DNA of 64,000 bases, from contig CAXXGJ010000012.1 in the NCBI GenBank assembly GCA_963677895.2, positions 1 through 64,000 on the forward strand, read 5' to 3'. The stretch is from Treponemataceae bacterium (GTDB lineage Bacteria; Spirochaetota; Spirochaetia; Treponematales; Rectinemataceae). The notes below the pieces were generated by a model, which had not been told where the DNA came from, did no database searches, and saw only the letters and a list, made by a program, of their open reading frames with translations. The position numbers were made by a program, and so were the translations under genes. This document shows, one piece after another, positions 47,414-57,725 of the stretch; the first letter of the stretch is position 1, and each line of letters opens with the position of its first letter.

Positions 47414-48706
47414 CTATTTGAGCAAACCCGCGGCCCTGGGCAGGAAGAGCACCGTGTCCGGGATGTAGGTTATGATGAAGAGCACGATGATCATCGCGAT
47501 GAGCGGCCACATTATCTCTTTGACGATATCCTTCAGCGGCGTGCCGGAAATCGATGAGGTTATGAAAAGCAGCATGCCGAAAGGCGGCGTGGAGAGACCT
47601 ATCATCATGTTGAAGGTGACGACGAGGCCGAAGTGGACCATGTCAATGCCCAGAGCCCTCGCCACCGGGAAGAGGATGGGGACGAAGATGAGCTGGATCG
47701 TGGAGGTGTCGATAAACATGCCGAGCAGCAGGATTACTATGTTCACGAGAAAAAGGAAGAAATACTTGTTGTCCGAAATGCCCATTATCCACGTGGCGAG
47801 GCCGGTGGAAATATCTTCCCTGGCGACGACGTAGGAGATTATCGCGGCGGCACCTATGATGATGCTGGTCGAGCCCACGTCCTGGATGGTGGTTTTCACC
47901 ACGCCCCAGAATTCCTTCAGGCTCAGCGACTTATAGGCGAAAATGGAGATCAGGATGGCGTAGGTGCCCGCTACGGCGCCCGCTTCCGTCGGCGTCATGA
48001 TGCCGGTGTATATTCCGGTGAGCAGGAGCACGGGCGTGAGCAGGGAGGGAATGGCTTGAATGGTCAGCGCAATGAAGGCTCTCAGCTTGAACTGCGGGCC
48101 GCGGGGATAATTCCTCACCTTGGAGATGATGGCGACGTAAATCATGAGGGCGACGGTCAGAAGGATAGCGGGGACCATGCCTCCCATGAAGAGGGCGCCC
48201 ACCGAAGTGCCTGAAAGCATCGCGTAGATGACGAGGGGAATGCTCGGGGGGAAAATCGGGCCTAGCGTGGCCGACGCGGAGGTGATGGCGCAGGAGAAGG
48301 CGTCGTCGAAGCCGTTCGATTTCATCGCGGCGAGCTCGATCTTGCCCAAGCCCGCGGCGTCGGCGATGGCCGATCCCGTCATGCCGGAGAAAATCAGCGA
48401 ACCGAGAATGTTCACTTGCCCGAGCGCTCCGCGCATTCTGCCGCACAACGCGTTGGCGAAGTTGAAAATCATGTCGGTCACCTTTCCCGAGTTCATAACG
48501 TTCGCGGTGAACATGAACAGGGGAACGGCGATGATGACGTAGTTCGTATAGTAGGTGTTGACGATCTGATTGGCGACGAGGCCCAGGTCCTGCCCCTTGA
48601 TGAGCAGATAGGCCACGGCCGAGGAAATCATGCCCAGCGCGATAGGCATCCTGAGCAGGAAAATGAGGACGAATATTATCAAAGCCACGAGAAGTGCTAT
48701 GCTCAT
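47414..48706 (-). CDS. TRAP large permease (DctM)
   Basis: IAVPLF, GSAIADAAG, PIFPPSIP, TPTEAG, TPPFG. Confidence 0.93.
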   Translation of the reverse strand: MSIALLVALIIFVLIFLLRMPIALGMISSAVAYLLIKGQDLGLVANQIVNTYYTNYVIIAVPLFMFTANVMNSGKVTDMIFNFANALCGRMRGALGQVNILGSLIFSGMTGSAIADAAGLGKIELAAMKSNGFDDAFSCAITSASATLGPIFPPSIPLVIYAMLSGTSVGALFMGGMVPAILLTVALMIYVAIISKVRNYPRGPQFKLRAFIALTIQAIPSLLTPVLLLTGIYTGIMTPTEAGAVAGTYAILISIFAYKSLSLKEFWGVVKTTIQDVGSTSIIIGAAAIISYVVAREDISTGLATWIMGISDNKYFFLFLVNIVILLLGMFIDTSTIQLIFVPILFPVARALGIDMVHFGLVVTFNMMIGLSTPPFGMLLFITSSISGTPLKDIVKEIMWPLIAMIIVLFIITYIPDTVLFLPRAAGLLK

Positions 48707-49221
48707 TTGGTCGGGTCCTCCTGGGCGTGATCCCTGCTATCCGCTAATTTCCCGCGCAGAATGTTGACGTCCTCGATTATCTCCGCGATCGTATAGCCGA
48801 TGACGGTCAGCAGAAAATAGACGAAAGGGATGAAAAAGTAGGTATAGTTGACTCGCAGCACCGCGGTTTTCTGAAAATAGAGAAAGAACGCGTACTTCCA
48901 CGAGGGCACGACGAGAATGGCGAAGGTGACGACAATGATGAGGTCGCCGACAAGTCTGGTCAGCGCCGCGGCGCGGGGCTTGAGCAGATCGTACAACATC
49001 GTGAACTTGACGTGCCTGCCTGCCCGCATCGTGTAGCAGGCGCCGAAAAGCACTGTCCATACGAATCCGATGACGATGATGTCCTGCGTCCAGGTAAGGG
49101 GAAGATTCAATACATAGCGGGAAAAGACCTGGACGACGAAAGAGAAAAACATCGCGAGAAAGGCGACGGCCGGTATATATATCTCGAAAATGTTTCTCGC
49201 GAGATGCAATAATTTTTTCAC
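48703..49221 (-). CDS. TRAP small permease (DctQ)
   Basis: QVFSRY, WTQD, HVKF; four TM. Confidence 0.88.
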   Translation of the reverse strand: MKKLLHLARNIFEIYIPAVAFLAMFFSFVVQVFSRYVLNLPLTWTQDIIVIGFVWTVLFGACYTMRAGRHVKFTMLYDLLKPRAAALTRLVGDLIIVVTFAILVVPSWKYAFFLYFQKTAVLRVNYTYFFIPFVYFLLTVIGYTIAEIIEDVNILRGKLADSRDHAQEDPTK

Positions 49222-49239
49222 GTATTTCCTCCGGGAACC

Positions 49240-49281
49240 GGTGAAAGGGAAAATCGCGATTTCGCGATTTTCCCTTTCACC
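49240..49281. other. Perfect 20-bp inverted repeat between dctP and dctQ
   Basis: GGTGAAAGGGAAAATCGCGA-TT-TCGCGATTTTCCCTTTCACC. Confidence 0.8.
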
Positions 49282-49305
49282 TCAAGGTTCGCGAAAATCA
49301 GGATG

Positions 49306-50301
49306 TTATTTCGCGGCGTCCTGGATTCTCTTGAAGAGATCCATGTCCCATTTCTTGGCGTATGGGGAATTGAGATACTGGTCGAGTACATGCGTGCTGA
49401 ATGCGTCGATGTCTGCCTTGTAGACCTTGAGACCGGCCTTCTCGAAGAACGCGACGAGTTCGGCTTCCGCTTTCAGGTTCGTTTCGTCGCAGTACTTGAT
49501 GCCCGCTTTTACGCCTTCCATGACCCAGCCCTTCTGCTGGTCGGTCAGGGATTGCCACTTGGCCTCGTTGATGGCCGGCCACACGGAGTCGACGATATGG
49601 TTCGTAATGGTGATGGACTTCGTCACTTCGTAGAATTTCGCGTTCTTGGTGCTGGGCAGGGGATTGTCCTGTCCGTCGACGGTCTTGGTCTGAAGCGCCA
49701 TGTACAGTTCCGAGAAGGAAATGGGCGTGGGATTGGCGCCGAGGGCCTTTCCGAGGAAGATCCAGGAGTCGGAATTGGGCATTCTGAGCTTTACGCCCTT
49801 GAGATCGTCCGGGGTCTTGATCCATACGTCCTTGACCATGTTGAGCTGGCGGGTGCCGAGATACTGGGCGCCGAGGGGACGGATGCCCTGTTCCTTGGCC
49901 ACGCGTTCGAATGCCTGCTTGCCGATCTCGCCGTTGAGCACTTTGGTCATGTGGTCATAGCTCTTGAACATGTAGCCGGCCGTGAACATCGAAAGCCAGG
50001 GCGAACCATCGGTGAGCCAGGGGGCGGCGGTCGCGGTGATGTCCGCCTGTCCGGACTTGACGGCCGAGACTTCCTGTTCCTGCTTGAAGAGCGAGGCGGA
50101 ATCGTAGGTCTTGACCTTGATGTTTCCGGCGGAAACTCTCTCGACTACTTCCTTGAAAACCTTCATCGCCCCGGCGTGGGCATCCGTGGGCACAGCGGTC
50201 ATGGTATAGACGAGTTCCACCGGCTTGTTTTTGGCGGCTTGGGCAAAAACCGCATTGCCCGCCAACGCGAGGACCAAGAGCGCGATCATCAGCTTTTTCA
50301 T
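49306..50301 (-). CDS. TRAP substrate-binding protein (DctP/SiaP-like)
   Basis: Signal peptide, GVKLRMP, VDGQDNP; AGGAGG RBS. Confidence 0.92.
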   Translation of the reverse strand: MKKLMIALLVLALAGNAVFAQAAKNKPVELVYTMTAVPTDAHAGAMKVFKEVVERVSAGNIKVKTYDSASLFKQEQEVSAVKSGQADITATAAPWLTDGSPWLSMFTAGYMFKSYDHMTKVLNGEIGKQAFERVAKEQGIRPLGAQYLGTRQLNMVKDVWIKTPDDLKGVKLRMPNSDSWIFLGKALGANPTPISFSELYMALQTKTVDGQDNPLPSTKNAKFYEVTKSITITNHIVDSVWPAINEAKWQSLTDQQKGWVMEGVKAGIKYCDETNLKAEAELVAFFEKAGLKVYKADIDAFSTHVLDQYLNSPYAKKWDMDLFKRIQDAAK

Positions 50302-50340
50302 CGTGACTCCTCCTAAAAACATATTGCTTGGGGCGGCGCC

Positions 50341-51093
50341 TTAGGCGTCCGCCCTCTCGGAACCATAGTGAAGTGTAAACCATTCGACATTCTGGCGCGA
50401 GACTTTAAGATGATTTCGCATCGCCGCCTCGGCCACATCCGGATCGCGGCTCTTGATGGCATCCATTATCAGCGCGTGTCGCATCATGCCGTCGGCTTTG
50501 GCTCCCGGCGTATGAATGGTCTTCCTGATGAATTTGCGGATGAGCACGGTCATGGCTTCGACCAGCATTCCGAGGAGTTTATTCTTGCTGGCCTTGGCCA
50601 TGGCTATATGGAAGTCGGTATCCATGCGAATTATCGCGTCGTCGTCCTGCAGGTTTACCTTCATGGCGTCGAGGATGGACTGCATTCGTTCCATGTCCGA
50701 AGCATCGGCATATTCCGCGGCAAGACGGCAGGCGGCGATTTCGAGGATTCCTCGCACGCTGAAGATTTCATCGTCGCTGATATTGTCCATGAGGATCATG
50801 CGGCTCACCACGCTCGATATCGCGTCGGGACGCGGCTTCGTCAAATATGAACCTTCGCCCGTGCGCTGTTCGATGAGGCCCCGTTCCTTCACCAGTTTGA
50901 GCGCCTCGCGGATGACCGTTCGGCTGACGCCGAACTTTACCGCGAGAGCCTGTTCGGAAGGAAGTTTGTCCTCGCCGCGCGAATCCCCCACCGCAAGCGC
51001 GCTGACGCCCGTTTGAAGAATCGCGTTCTCCAGCGCGTCGGCGATTTGCTCATAAAGATTTGTGCGCTTGATCTCCCAATTCGGACTTTCCAC
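50341..51093 (-). CDS. GntR/FadR family regulator
   Basis: LPSEQALAVKFGVSRTVIREAL; FCD domain DFH..ASKN. Confidence 0.92.
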   Translation of the reverse strand: MESPNWEIKRTNLYEQIADALENAILQTGVSALAVGDSRGEDKLPSEQALAVKFGVSRTVIREALKLVKERGLIEQRTGEGSYLTKPRPDAISSVVSRMILMDNISDDEIFSVRGILEIAACRLAAEYADASDMERMQSILDAMKVNLQDDDAIIRMDTDFHIAMAKASKNKLLGMLVEAMTVLIRKFIRKTIHTPGAKADGMMRHALIMDAIKSRDPDVAEAAMRNHLKVSRQNVEWFTLHYGSERADA

Positions 51094-51128
51094 GCCAGCC
51101 TTTCCTTTGATCGCTTCGATTGCATCTA

Positions 51129-51917
51129 TCAGTTCGACTGCCTACGGCAATCGCGGATGTAGTTCATCGTCTGCGCGGCACCCATCGCCATGAAGCTGAT
51201 GTCGTCGCCGCAGGATATGAAATCCACGCCCCGCTCCATCCACTCCCTGATGAACTTTCTGTCGCCCGGACCGATCGAGACGCCGCAGGGCTTGCCTTCC
51301 TGCTTGCAGATGCGGACGATCCTTTCATAGAGCGCGATGACCTCGGGATCCCCAAGGCGACCCAGTTTGCCTATGGAAGCGGAGAGATCGTTGGGGCCGA
51401 TGATGACGGCGTCGAGACCTTCGACGGCGAGAATTTCGCGCAGATTGTTCACCGCGTCGACATGCTCGATCTGGACGATCCTGAGAAAGGACTCGTCGGC
51501 CTTGGCCAGATATTCGTCCATGGGAATCATGCCGTAGCGTATCGCCCTTCTGGGGCCGAATCCGCGGACGCCCCTGGGAGGGTAGAGGCAGGCTTCGACC
51601 GCCTTCTTCGCTTCGCCAGCCGTGCAGACCATCGGGATTATGATGCCGTCTATGCCCATTTCGAGGACTGGCTTGATCAGGATCGGATCGTTGCCGGCCA
51701 CCCTGACGAAGGCTGCGGCGCCGGCGCCGTTCGCGGCCACTATATGGGCGAGCAGTTTTTCCTTGTCGAAAGGACCGTGCTCGGCGTCTATCCAGAGAAA
51801 GTCGTAGCCGAAACCGGCCATGGCTTCCGAGATGGAAGGATCGGTGAGGAAGACATGACCGCCGATGACGAGCTTTCCGCCGGCGAAGGCTTCCGAAATA
51901 GTTCTCGCTTTATCCAT
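51129..51917 (-). CDS. HpcH/HpaI family class II aldolase
   Basis: DFLWIDAEHG, YPPRGVRG, QIE, IGPNDLS. Confidence 0.92.
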   Translation of the reverse strand: MDKARTISEAFAGGKLVIGGHVFLTDPSISEAMAGFGYDFLWIDAEHGPFDKEKLLAHIVAANGAGAAAFVRVAGNDPILIKPVLEMGIDGIIIPMVCTAGEAKKAVEACLYPPRGVRGFGPRRAIRYGMIPMDEYLAKADESFLRIVQIEHVDAVNNLREILAVEGLDAVIIGPNDLSASIGKLGRLGDPEVIALYERIVRICKQEGKPCGVSIGPGDRKFIREWMERGVDFISCGDDISFMAMGAAQTMNYIRDCRRQSN

Positions 51918-51952
51918 TTTTCGTTCTTTTCCTTGAGCGAACCATCTTGTAT

Positions 51953-51967
51953 ACCTGTACTACAGGT
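51953..51967. promoter_or_regulatory. Putative GntR/FadR operator
   Basis: ACCTGTA-C-TACAGGT palindrome upstream of the hpcH-gntR operon. Confidence 0.6.
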
Positions 51968-52071
51968 TGATGCTATCACCGCTTCGCGATTGTGTCAAAT
52001 TTTTTTTTGTTGGCGGAGCCCGGCAAACATCCGTCTTTACATTCTCTCGAATCGCCCTTTATTATGGATCC

Positions 52072-52866
52072 ATGTCCATAAAACCCGAGCACGCGGCTCC
52101 TCGACCATCGGGATTCATCCAGTCGGTCGACCGCGCCCTGACAATACTCGAATATTTCTCGAAAGACCGGCCCGAAGCCGGCGTCTCTGATATCGCCCGC
52201 GGACTCCATCTCAACAAAAGCACGGCTTTCGGGCTTCTATGCACCTTGGAACGCCGAGGCTACGTCGAACAGAACCCCGACAACGGCAGATACAGGCTGG
52301 GGCTGAGGACGCTGGAGCTGGGCAACGCCAAACTCGCCGGCTTCGATGTCGCGGGCGTCGCCCATCCGATCCTCAGTGGCCTGGTGGACCAGCTTGGGGA
52401 AACGGCCCATCTCGCCGTGTACGACAGGGGCGAAGTCGTCTATATCGACAAGGTGGAGGCTGACAATACCCTCAAGATTTCATCCTTCGTCGGAAAGAGA
52501 AATCCCTCTTACTGCACCGGGGTAGGGAAGTGCCTCCTCGCCTTCCAGCCGGCGGCCGAGATTGAGCGCGTCATAGGCCACGGCCTTTTGGCGCGGACCA
52601 GCAAGACAATCGTCGATCCGGAAGCGTTCAAAGCGGAACTCGCCAGAGTCCGCAGGGAGGACCGAGCCCGCGACGACGAGGAATTCGCCGAAGGGCTTAT
52701 CTGCTCCGCCTCGCCCCTGCGGGACAGCAACGGGCTCGTATGCGCGGCCATCAGCGTTTCCGCCCCCACGATCCGATCGGATCCGGAAAGGGTGGCCTTT
52801 GTCGATCGCGCGGTCAGCGAGGCCGCGAAAGCCATCTCGAAAGCCCTCGGCTATAAATCCAATTGA
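52072..52866 (+). CDS. IclR family transcriptional regulator
   Basis: IQSVDRAL, LNKSTAFGLL, YCTGVGKC, DDEEF; ATG 52072. Confidence 0.92.
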   Translation: MSIKPEHAAPRPSGFIQSVDRALTILEYFSKDRPEAGVSDIARGLHLNKSTAFGLLCTLERRGYVEQNPDNGRYRLGLRTLELGNAKLAGFDVAGVAHPILSGLVDQLGETAHLAVYDRGEVVYIDKVEADNTLKISSFVGKRNPSYCTGVGKCLLAFQPAAEIERVIGHGLLARTSKTIVDPEAFKAELARVRREDRARDDEEFAEGLICSASPLRDSNGLVCAAISVSAPTIRSDPERVAFVDRAVSEAAKAISKALGYKSN

Positions 52867-52913
52867 GATTTTAAAGTTTCCGCTTGACAGGTTTGAGAAA
52901 GGGCTATTATCAT

Positions 52914-52950
52914 GTTTATATATAAGAACGATGTGCTACAATGTAGCACA
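52914..52950. promoter_or_regulatory. Tandem operator (putative IclR site) at the hydrolase-operon promoter
   Basis: GTTTATATATAAGAAC plus perfect TGTGCTACA-A-TGTAGCACA; TTGACA at 52884. Confidence 0.65.
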
Positions 52951-53013
52951 ATATGAATACCGTGATGTAAATAGCATATCAATACGGGGAAATCCCGTTG
53001 GGAGGATGTTGTT

Positions 53014-53853
53014 ATGGCAGAACAGAAACAGGGCAATCCTGAGATCGGAAAGACAATCCAGGCGGGCGGCATCGCCGTCAACTATCACGACATGGGCTCG
53101 GGCGATCCCGTCGTCTTCGTCCACGGTTCCGGACCCGGCGTTACCGCCTGGGCCAACTGGCGCCTCGTCCTTCCCAAGCTCGCGGCCACCCGCAGGGTCA
53201 TCGCCCTGGACATGATCGGCTTCGGCTACACCGAGCGACCCGCCGGCATACAGTTCAACATGGACGTATGGGGCAAGCAGCTCAAGGATTTTCTCGACGC
53301 CATGAAGCTGGACAAGGTGGACTTGGTGGGCAATTCCTTCGGGGGAGGCCTCGCTCTCTACATGGCCATCCACTATCCCGAGCGCATCCGCAAGGTCGTC
53401 CTCATGGGAGCCATGGGCGTCCAGTTCCCCATCACCGAATGGCTCGACAAGGTCTGGGGCTATGAGCCTTCCTACGAGGCCATGTCCGAGGCCCTCAATC
53501 ACTTCGTCTCGAACAAGGCCATCATCACGCCGGATCTGGTGAAGATGCGCTACGAAGCCTCGATCCGTCCCGGCTACCAGGAAAGTTTCGGCGCCATGTT
53601 CCCGGCGCCGCGCCAGCGCAGCGTGGACGCCATGGCCTGTGCCTCGGCCGACATAGCTTCCATCAAGCACGACACCCTCATCATCCACGGCCGCGAGGAC
53701 CAGGTCATTCCTGTCGAGACCTCCCAGCTGCTCTTCAGGCTTATCCCCAACGCCCAGCTCCACATGTTCGGCAACTGCGGCCACTGGACACAGATCGAGC
53801 AGAACGCGCGCTTCTGCGCAGTGGTCGAGTCCTTCCTCGCGGGAGTCTTCTGA
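53014..53853 (+). CDS. Meta-cleavage product C-C hydrolase (XylF/TodF/CumD-like)
   Basis: HGSGPGVTAWANW, GNSFGG, HGREDQV, CGHWTQIE. Confidence 0.9.
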   Translation: MAEQKQGNPEIGKTIQAGGIAVNYHDMGSGDPVVFVHGSGPGVTAWANWRLVLPKLAATRRVIALDMIGFGYTERPAGIQFNMDVWGKQLKDFLDAMKLDKVDLVGNSFGGGLALYMAIHYPERIRKVVLMGAMGVQFPITEWLDKVWGYEPSYEAMSEALNHFVSNKAIITPDLVKMRYEASIRPGYQESFGAMFPAPRQRSVDAMACASADIASIKHDTLIIHGREDQVIPVETSQLLFRLIPNAQLHMFGNCGHWTQIEQNARFCAVVESFLAGVF

Positions 53854-54641
53854 TGGCCCTCTCACCTGCTGAAATCGTCGCGGCCGCCGACGCCCTCGAC
53901 GCCGCCGCAAGAACCTGCGTTCCCATCGAGAAACTCACCGTTACCTACCCGGCCATCGACGTCGACGGCGCCTATGCCGTGCAGATGCGCAATGTCGAAC
54001 GCGCGCTGGCCGCGGGCAGAAAAATATCCGGCAAGAAGATCGGCCTCACCTCCAAGCCCATGCAGGACATGTTCGGTGTCACGACTCCCGACTTCGGCCA
54101 CCTCTTCTCCGATATGGAAGCGGCCGGCCGGCGCATCGAGCGCGCCACGATGGTCCAGCCCAAGGTGGAGGCGGAGATAGCCTTCGTCCTCGCCCGCGAC
54201 CTCGACATGGCCGGCGAAATCACCGCGGCGGACGTGCTCGCCGCGACCGACTATGTTGTCGCGGCCCTCGAAATCGTGGACAGCCGCATCGGCAACTGGA
54301 AAATCGGTTACTGCGACACTGTTTCCGACAACGCCTCCTCCGGCAGGTACGTGCTGGGATCAGTGCGGAAAAAGATCGCCGAAATCGACCTCAAGGCCGA
54401 AGTCATGAATTTTTCCCTGAACGGCGAGCCCAAAAACTCGGGCAAGGGCACCGACGTCCTCGGCGATCCCGCCTACTGCGTGGCCTGGCTGGCCAACTCC
54501 ATGCGGAAGTACGGCACCATGCTCAAGAAGGGCGAGGTCATCCTTTCGGGCGCGCTCTCCGCGGCCATCGGCGCCGGCAAGGGCGACAGCTTCAGGGCCG
54601 ATTACTCCACGCTCGGCTCCGTCGAAGTCGCTTTTTATTAA
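53853..54641 (+). CDS. mhpD: 2-keto-4-pentenoate hydratase
   Basis: GKKIGLTS, PDFGHL, KVEAEIAF, LEIVDSRI, DNASSG, ILSG. Confidence 0.88.
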   Translation: MALSPAEIVAAADALDAAARTCVPIEKLTVTYPAIDVDGAYAVQMRNVERALAAGRKISGKKIGLTSKPMQDMFGVTTPDFGHLFSDMEAAGRRIERATMVQPKVEAEIAFVLARDLDMAGEITAADVLAATDYVVAALEIVDSRIGNWKIGYCDTVSDNASSGRYVLGSVRKKIAEIDLKAEVMNFSLNGEPKNSGKGTDVLGDPAYCVAWLANSMRKYGTMLKKGEVILSGALSAAIGAGKGDSFRADYSTLGSVEVAFY

Positions 54642-54654
54642 GAGGAACGGAATA

Positions 54655-55532
54655 ATGGCACAGAAGATCAAGGCGGCCATCATTGGCCCAGGCAATATCG
54701 GCACCGACCTCCTCATCAAGTTGAGGAGGAGCCCCTTCCTCGAGGTAGCCTACGTGGTGGGCGTCAAGGAATCCCCCGGCATAGAGATCGCCAAGGGTTT
54801 CGGCATCCCCACCACCATCAGGGGCATCGATGAGATTGCTCGAGGTCGAGGACATTAGGATAGTGTTCGACGCCACAGGCGCCGGACCGCACATGATCCA
54901 CGCCCCCGGGCTCAAGGCCGCCGGCAAGATCGCCATCGACCTGACGCCTGCCGCCGTCGGCCCCTATGTCGTGCCCTCGGTCAACTTCAACGAGGAAATC
55001 TTCAAGCTCGACAACGTCAACATGGTCACCTGCGCAGGGCAGGCCACCCTCGCCCATCGTCTACGCGGTCAACCGCGCCGCCGACGTCTACTACGCCGAG
55101 GTCGTCTCCTCGATCTCCTCCAGGAGCGCGGGGCCGGGCACGCGGCAGAACCTTAACGAATTCATCGAGACGACGACGAAGGCTCTGAGAACTGTCGGCG
55201 GCGCCGACCAGGCCAAGGCCATCATCGTCCTCAATCCCGCCGAGCCTCCCATATTGATGCGCAACACCATCCTCTGCAGGGTGCGCAGGCCCGATCTGGC
55301 GGTCATCCGCGAATCGATCGACAGGATTCTCGCCGACGTGAAAATCTACGTTCCCGGCTATCGCTTCCTCGTCGAACCGATTCTCCAGGGCGACACCGTC
55401 ACGACCGTCATCGAAGTGGAAGGCCTGGGCGACTTTCTGCCCAAACACACGGGCAACCTGGATATCATAAACGCCGCCGCCGTGGCGGTGGCGGAGAAAT
55501 TCGCCCGGCGCATTCAGGAAGGCAAACGATGA
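54655..55532 (+). pseudogene. mhpF: Acetaldehyde dehydrogenase (acetylating); two frameshifts, possibly sequencing errors
   Basis: IGPGNIGTDL / [21 protein letters not shown] / SAGPGTR..GNLDI lie in three successive frames; breaks near 54835 and 55049. Confidence 0.85.
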
Positions 55533-56556
55533 GCAAGGTCTACATAACCGACACGAGCCTGAGGGACGGCAGCCACTCCGTCTCGCATCAATACACGAGC
55601 GCCGATGTAGCCGCGGTCGCGGGGCGGCGCTCGACGATGCCGGCATCGACATCATCGAGGTGAACCATGGCGACGGCCTCGGCGGTTCCTCGCTGACCTA
55701 TGGCTATTCGCTGGAAAACGAGCTCGACCTCGTCTCAGCGGCGGCCAGGGTAGTCAAGAGAGCGCGCATCGCCGTCCTCCTCGTGCCCGGCATCGCCACC
55801 CTGGATCTCCTCGAGGAAGCCCAACGCCGAGGCGCCAGCGTCGTGCGCGTGGCCACCCACGTCACGGAGGCCGACGTTTCCGAGGAATACATCAAAGCGG
55901 CCAAGAAGATGGGCATGTTCGTCGTGGGCTTCCTCATGATGGCCCATATGGCCGACACGGCCAAGCTCGTGGAGCAGGCCCTCATCATGGAATCCTATGG
56001 CGCCGACGTGGTCTATGCCACCGATTCGGCCGGAGCCCTTCTGCCCGACCAGGTAGGCGAACGCGTCGCGGCCCTGAAAGCCGCACTCCAGATTCCCGTC
56101 GGCCACCATGCCCACGACAACCTGGGCTGCGCTGTCGCCAATTCGCTCGCTGCCGTGAAAGCGGGCGCCACCTATGTGGACGGCTCCCTCGGCGGAATGG
56201 GCGCCGGCGCTGGCAATTCAGCCACCGAGATGCTCGTAGGCGCCTTGAAGAAATCCGGCGCCGATGTCGCCGCCGACCTCTTCAGAACCATGGACGCGGC
56301 GGAGAAAGTCCTTCTTCCCATCGTGGCACAGAAGGGCAAACCCCTCCCGCGCCACGACTCCAACTCGCTCATCATGGGCTACGCTGGCGTCTATTCCAGC
56401 TTCATGCTCCACGCGAAGAAGGGCGCCGAGCGCTTCGGCGTCGACGTTCGCGACGTCCTTATCGAACTGGGGAAGCGCAAGGCTGTGGGCGGTCAGGAAG
56501 ACTGGATTATCCAGGTGGCCTACGACTTGGCCAAAGCTGCGGGAAAGCCCGTTTGA
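55529..56556 (+). pseudogene. dmpG: 4-hydroxy-2-oxovalerate aldolase; one frameshift, possibly a sequencing error
   Basis: ATG 55529 DTSLRDGSH, frameshift near 55622, then HGDGLGGSS, HAHDNLG, GYAGVYSSF, GGQED. Confidence 0.85.
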
Positions 56557-56593
56557 ATTGAGAGAGGCGGCGCGGGGGAACCCGTTTGTACGC

Positions 56594-56629
56594 GATTATA
56601 TATGTGAACAATGTGCTACATAGCGGCAC
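56594..56629. promoter_or_regulatory. Second copy of the tandem operator, upstream of dctP
   Basis: 28 of 36 positions identical to 52914-52949 by manual alignment. Confidence 0.65.
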
Positions 56630-56656
56630 TTGTAGGGTATTCAAGGAGGAATCATC

Positions 56657-57629
56657 ATGAAGAAAGGGATTATCGCTCTTCTCGTCCTGGCGATGCTGTT
56701 CGGCGCGACCGCCGGCGCTTTCGCCCAGAAGGAACTCAAGCTCGGCCACATCGCCGCGCCCAACACCGCCTACGACAACTGGGCCAAGGAATTCAAGGCG
56801 CAGGTCGAAGCCGGCACCAACAACAGGTATAAGATCGTCATCTATGGCGGCGGCCAGCTCGGCGACTCGGGCCCCCCTCATGGAAGCCATGCAGGCCGGG
56901 AACCTTCAGTTCGCCGTCATCACCTCGGGCGACGCCAGCCAGTTCATCAACGCCATCAACGTCCTCGACATGCCCTTCCTGTTCAGGAGCTGGGATCACG
57001 TTGAAAAGTTCATCGCCTCGAAGACGGCCAGGGACCTCCTCGACCTCTCCGATCAGTATGGTCTCAAGTCGCTCTCCTTGATGCCCCGCGGCTACCGCCA
57101 CGTGACGAACGCGAAATTCCCCATCAACAAGCCCGAAGATCTCAAGGGACTCAAGATGCGCATCAGCGAAAGCCCCGTCCTCGTCGAGGCCTTCAAGGCG
57201 ATGGGCGCCAACGCGCAGGCCATGGCTTGGTCAGAAGTGTACACCGCTCTCCAGCAGGGCACGGTCAACGCTCATGAGAACACCATCATCACCACCCGCG
57301 ACTACAAGATCAACGAAGTGCAGAAATACGTCTCCGAGACTGGACACGTCTTCGCCATGGCTACGCTCATGGCTTCGGGCGACTGGTTCAAGAAGCTTCC
57401 GAAGGCGGATCAGGACATAATCCAGAAAGCCGCCACGGACGCGGCCTACAAGCTCGGACTGGAGCAGGAAGCCAACGAGGCTAAGGCCAAGGCCGAACTC
57501 ATTTCCAAGGGCATGGTCTTCAACAGCCTCGATACCGAACCCTTCGTCAAGGCTGTCCAGCCCGTCATCAACAAGTACGCCAAGGGCGACGTCAAGAAAT
57601 TCTACGATGCCATCCTGGCGATAAAGTAA
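56657..57629 (+). pseudogene. TRAP substrate-binding protein (DctP); one frameshift in a C6 run
   Basis: Signal peptide..GGQLGD | LMEAMQAG..GLKMRI..HEN; break at 56872-56877. Confidence 0.85.
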
Positions 57630-57657
57630 TCCAGACCGACAAATATTTTTCTTGGGT

Positions 57658-57692
57658 GGCTGTCCTGGTTGCGACCAACTTCCAGGACAGCC
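57658..57692 (+). other. Intercistronic stem-loop after dctP
   Basis: GGCTGTCCTGG ... CCAGGACAGCC. Confidence 0.6.
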
Positions 57693-57725
57693 TTTACTCG
57701 CCTGCCTGACGCAAGGAGTATTTAT

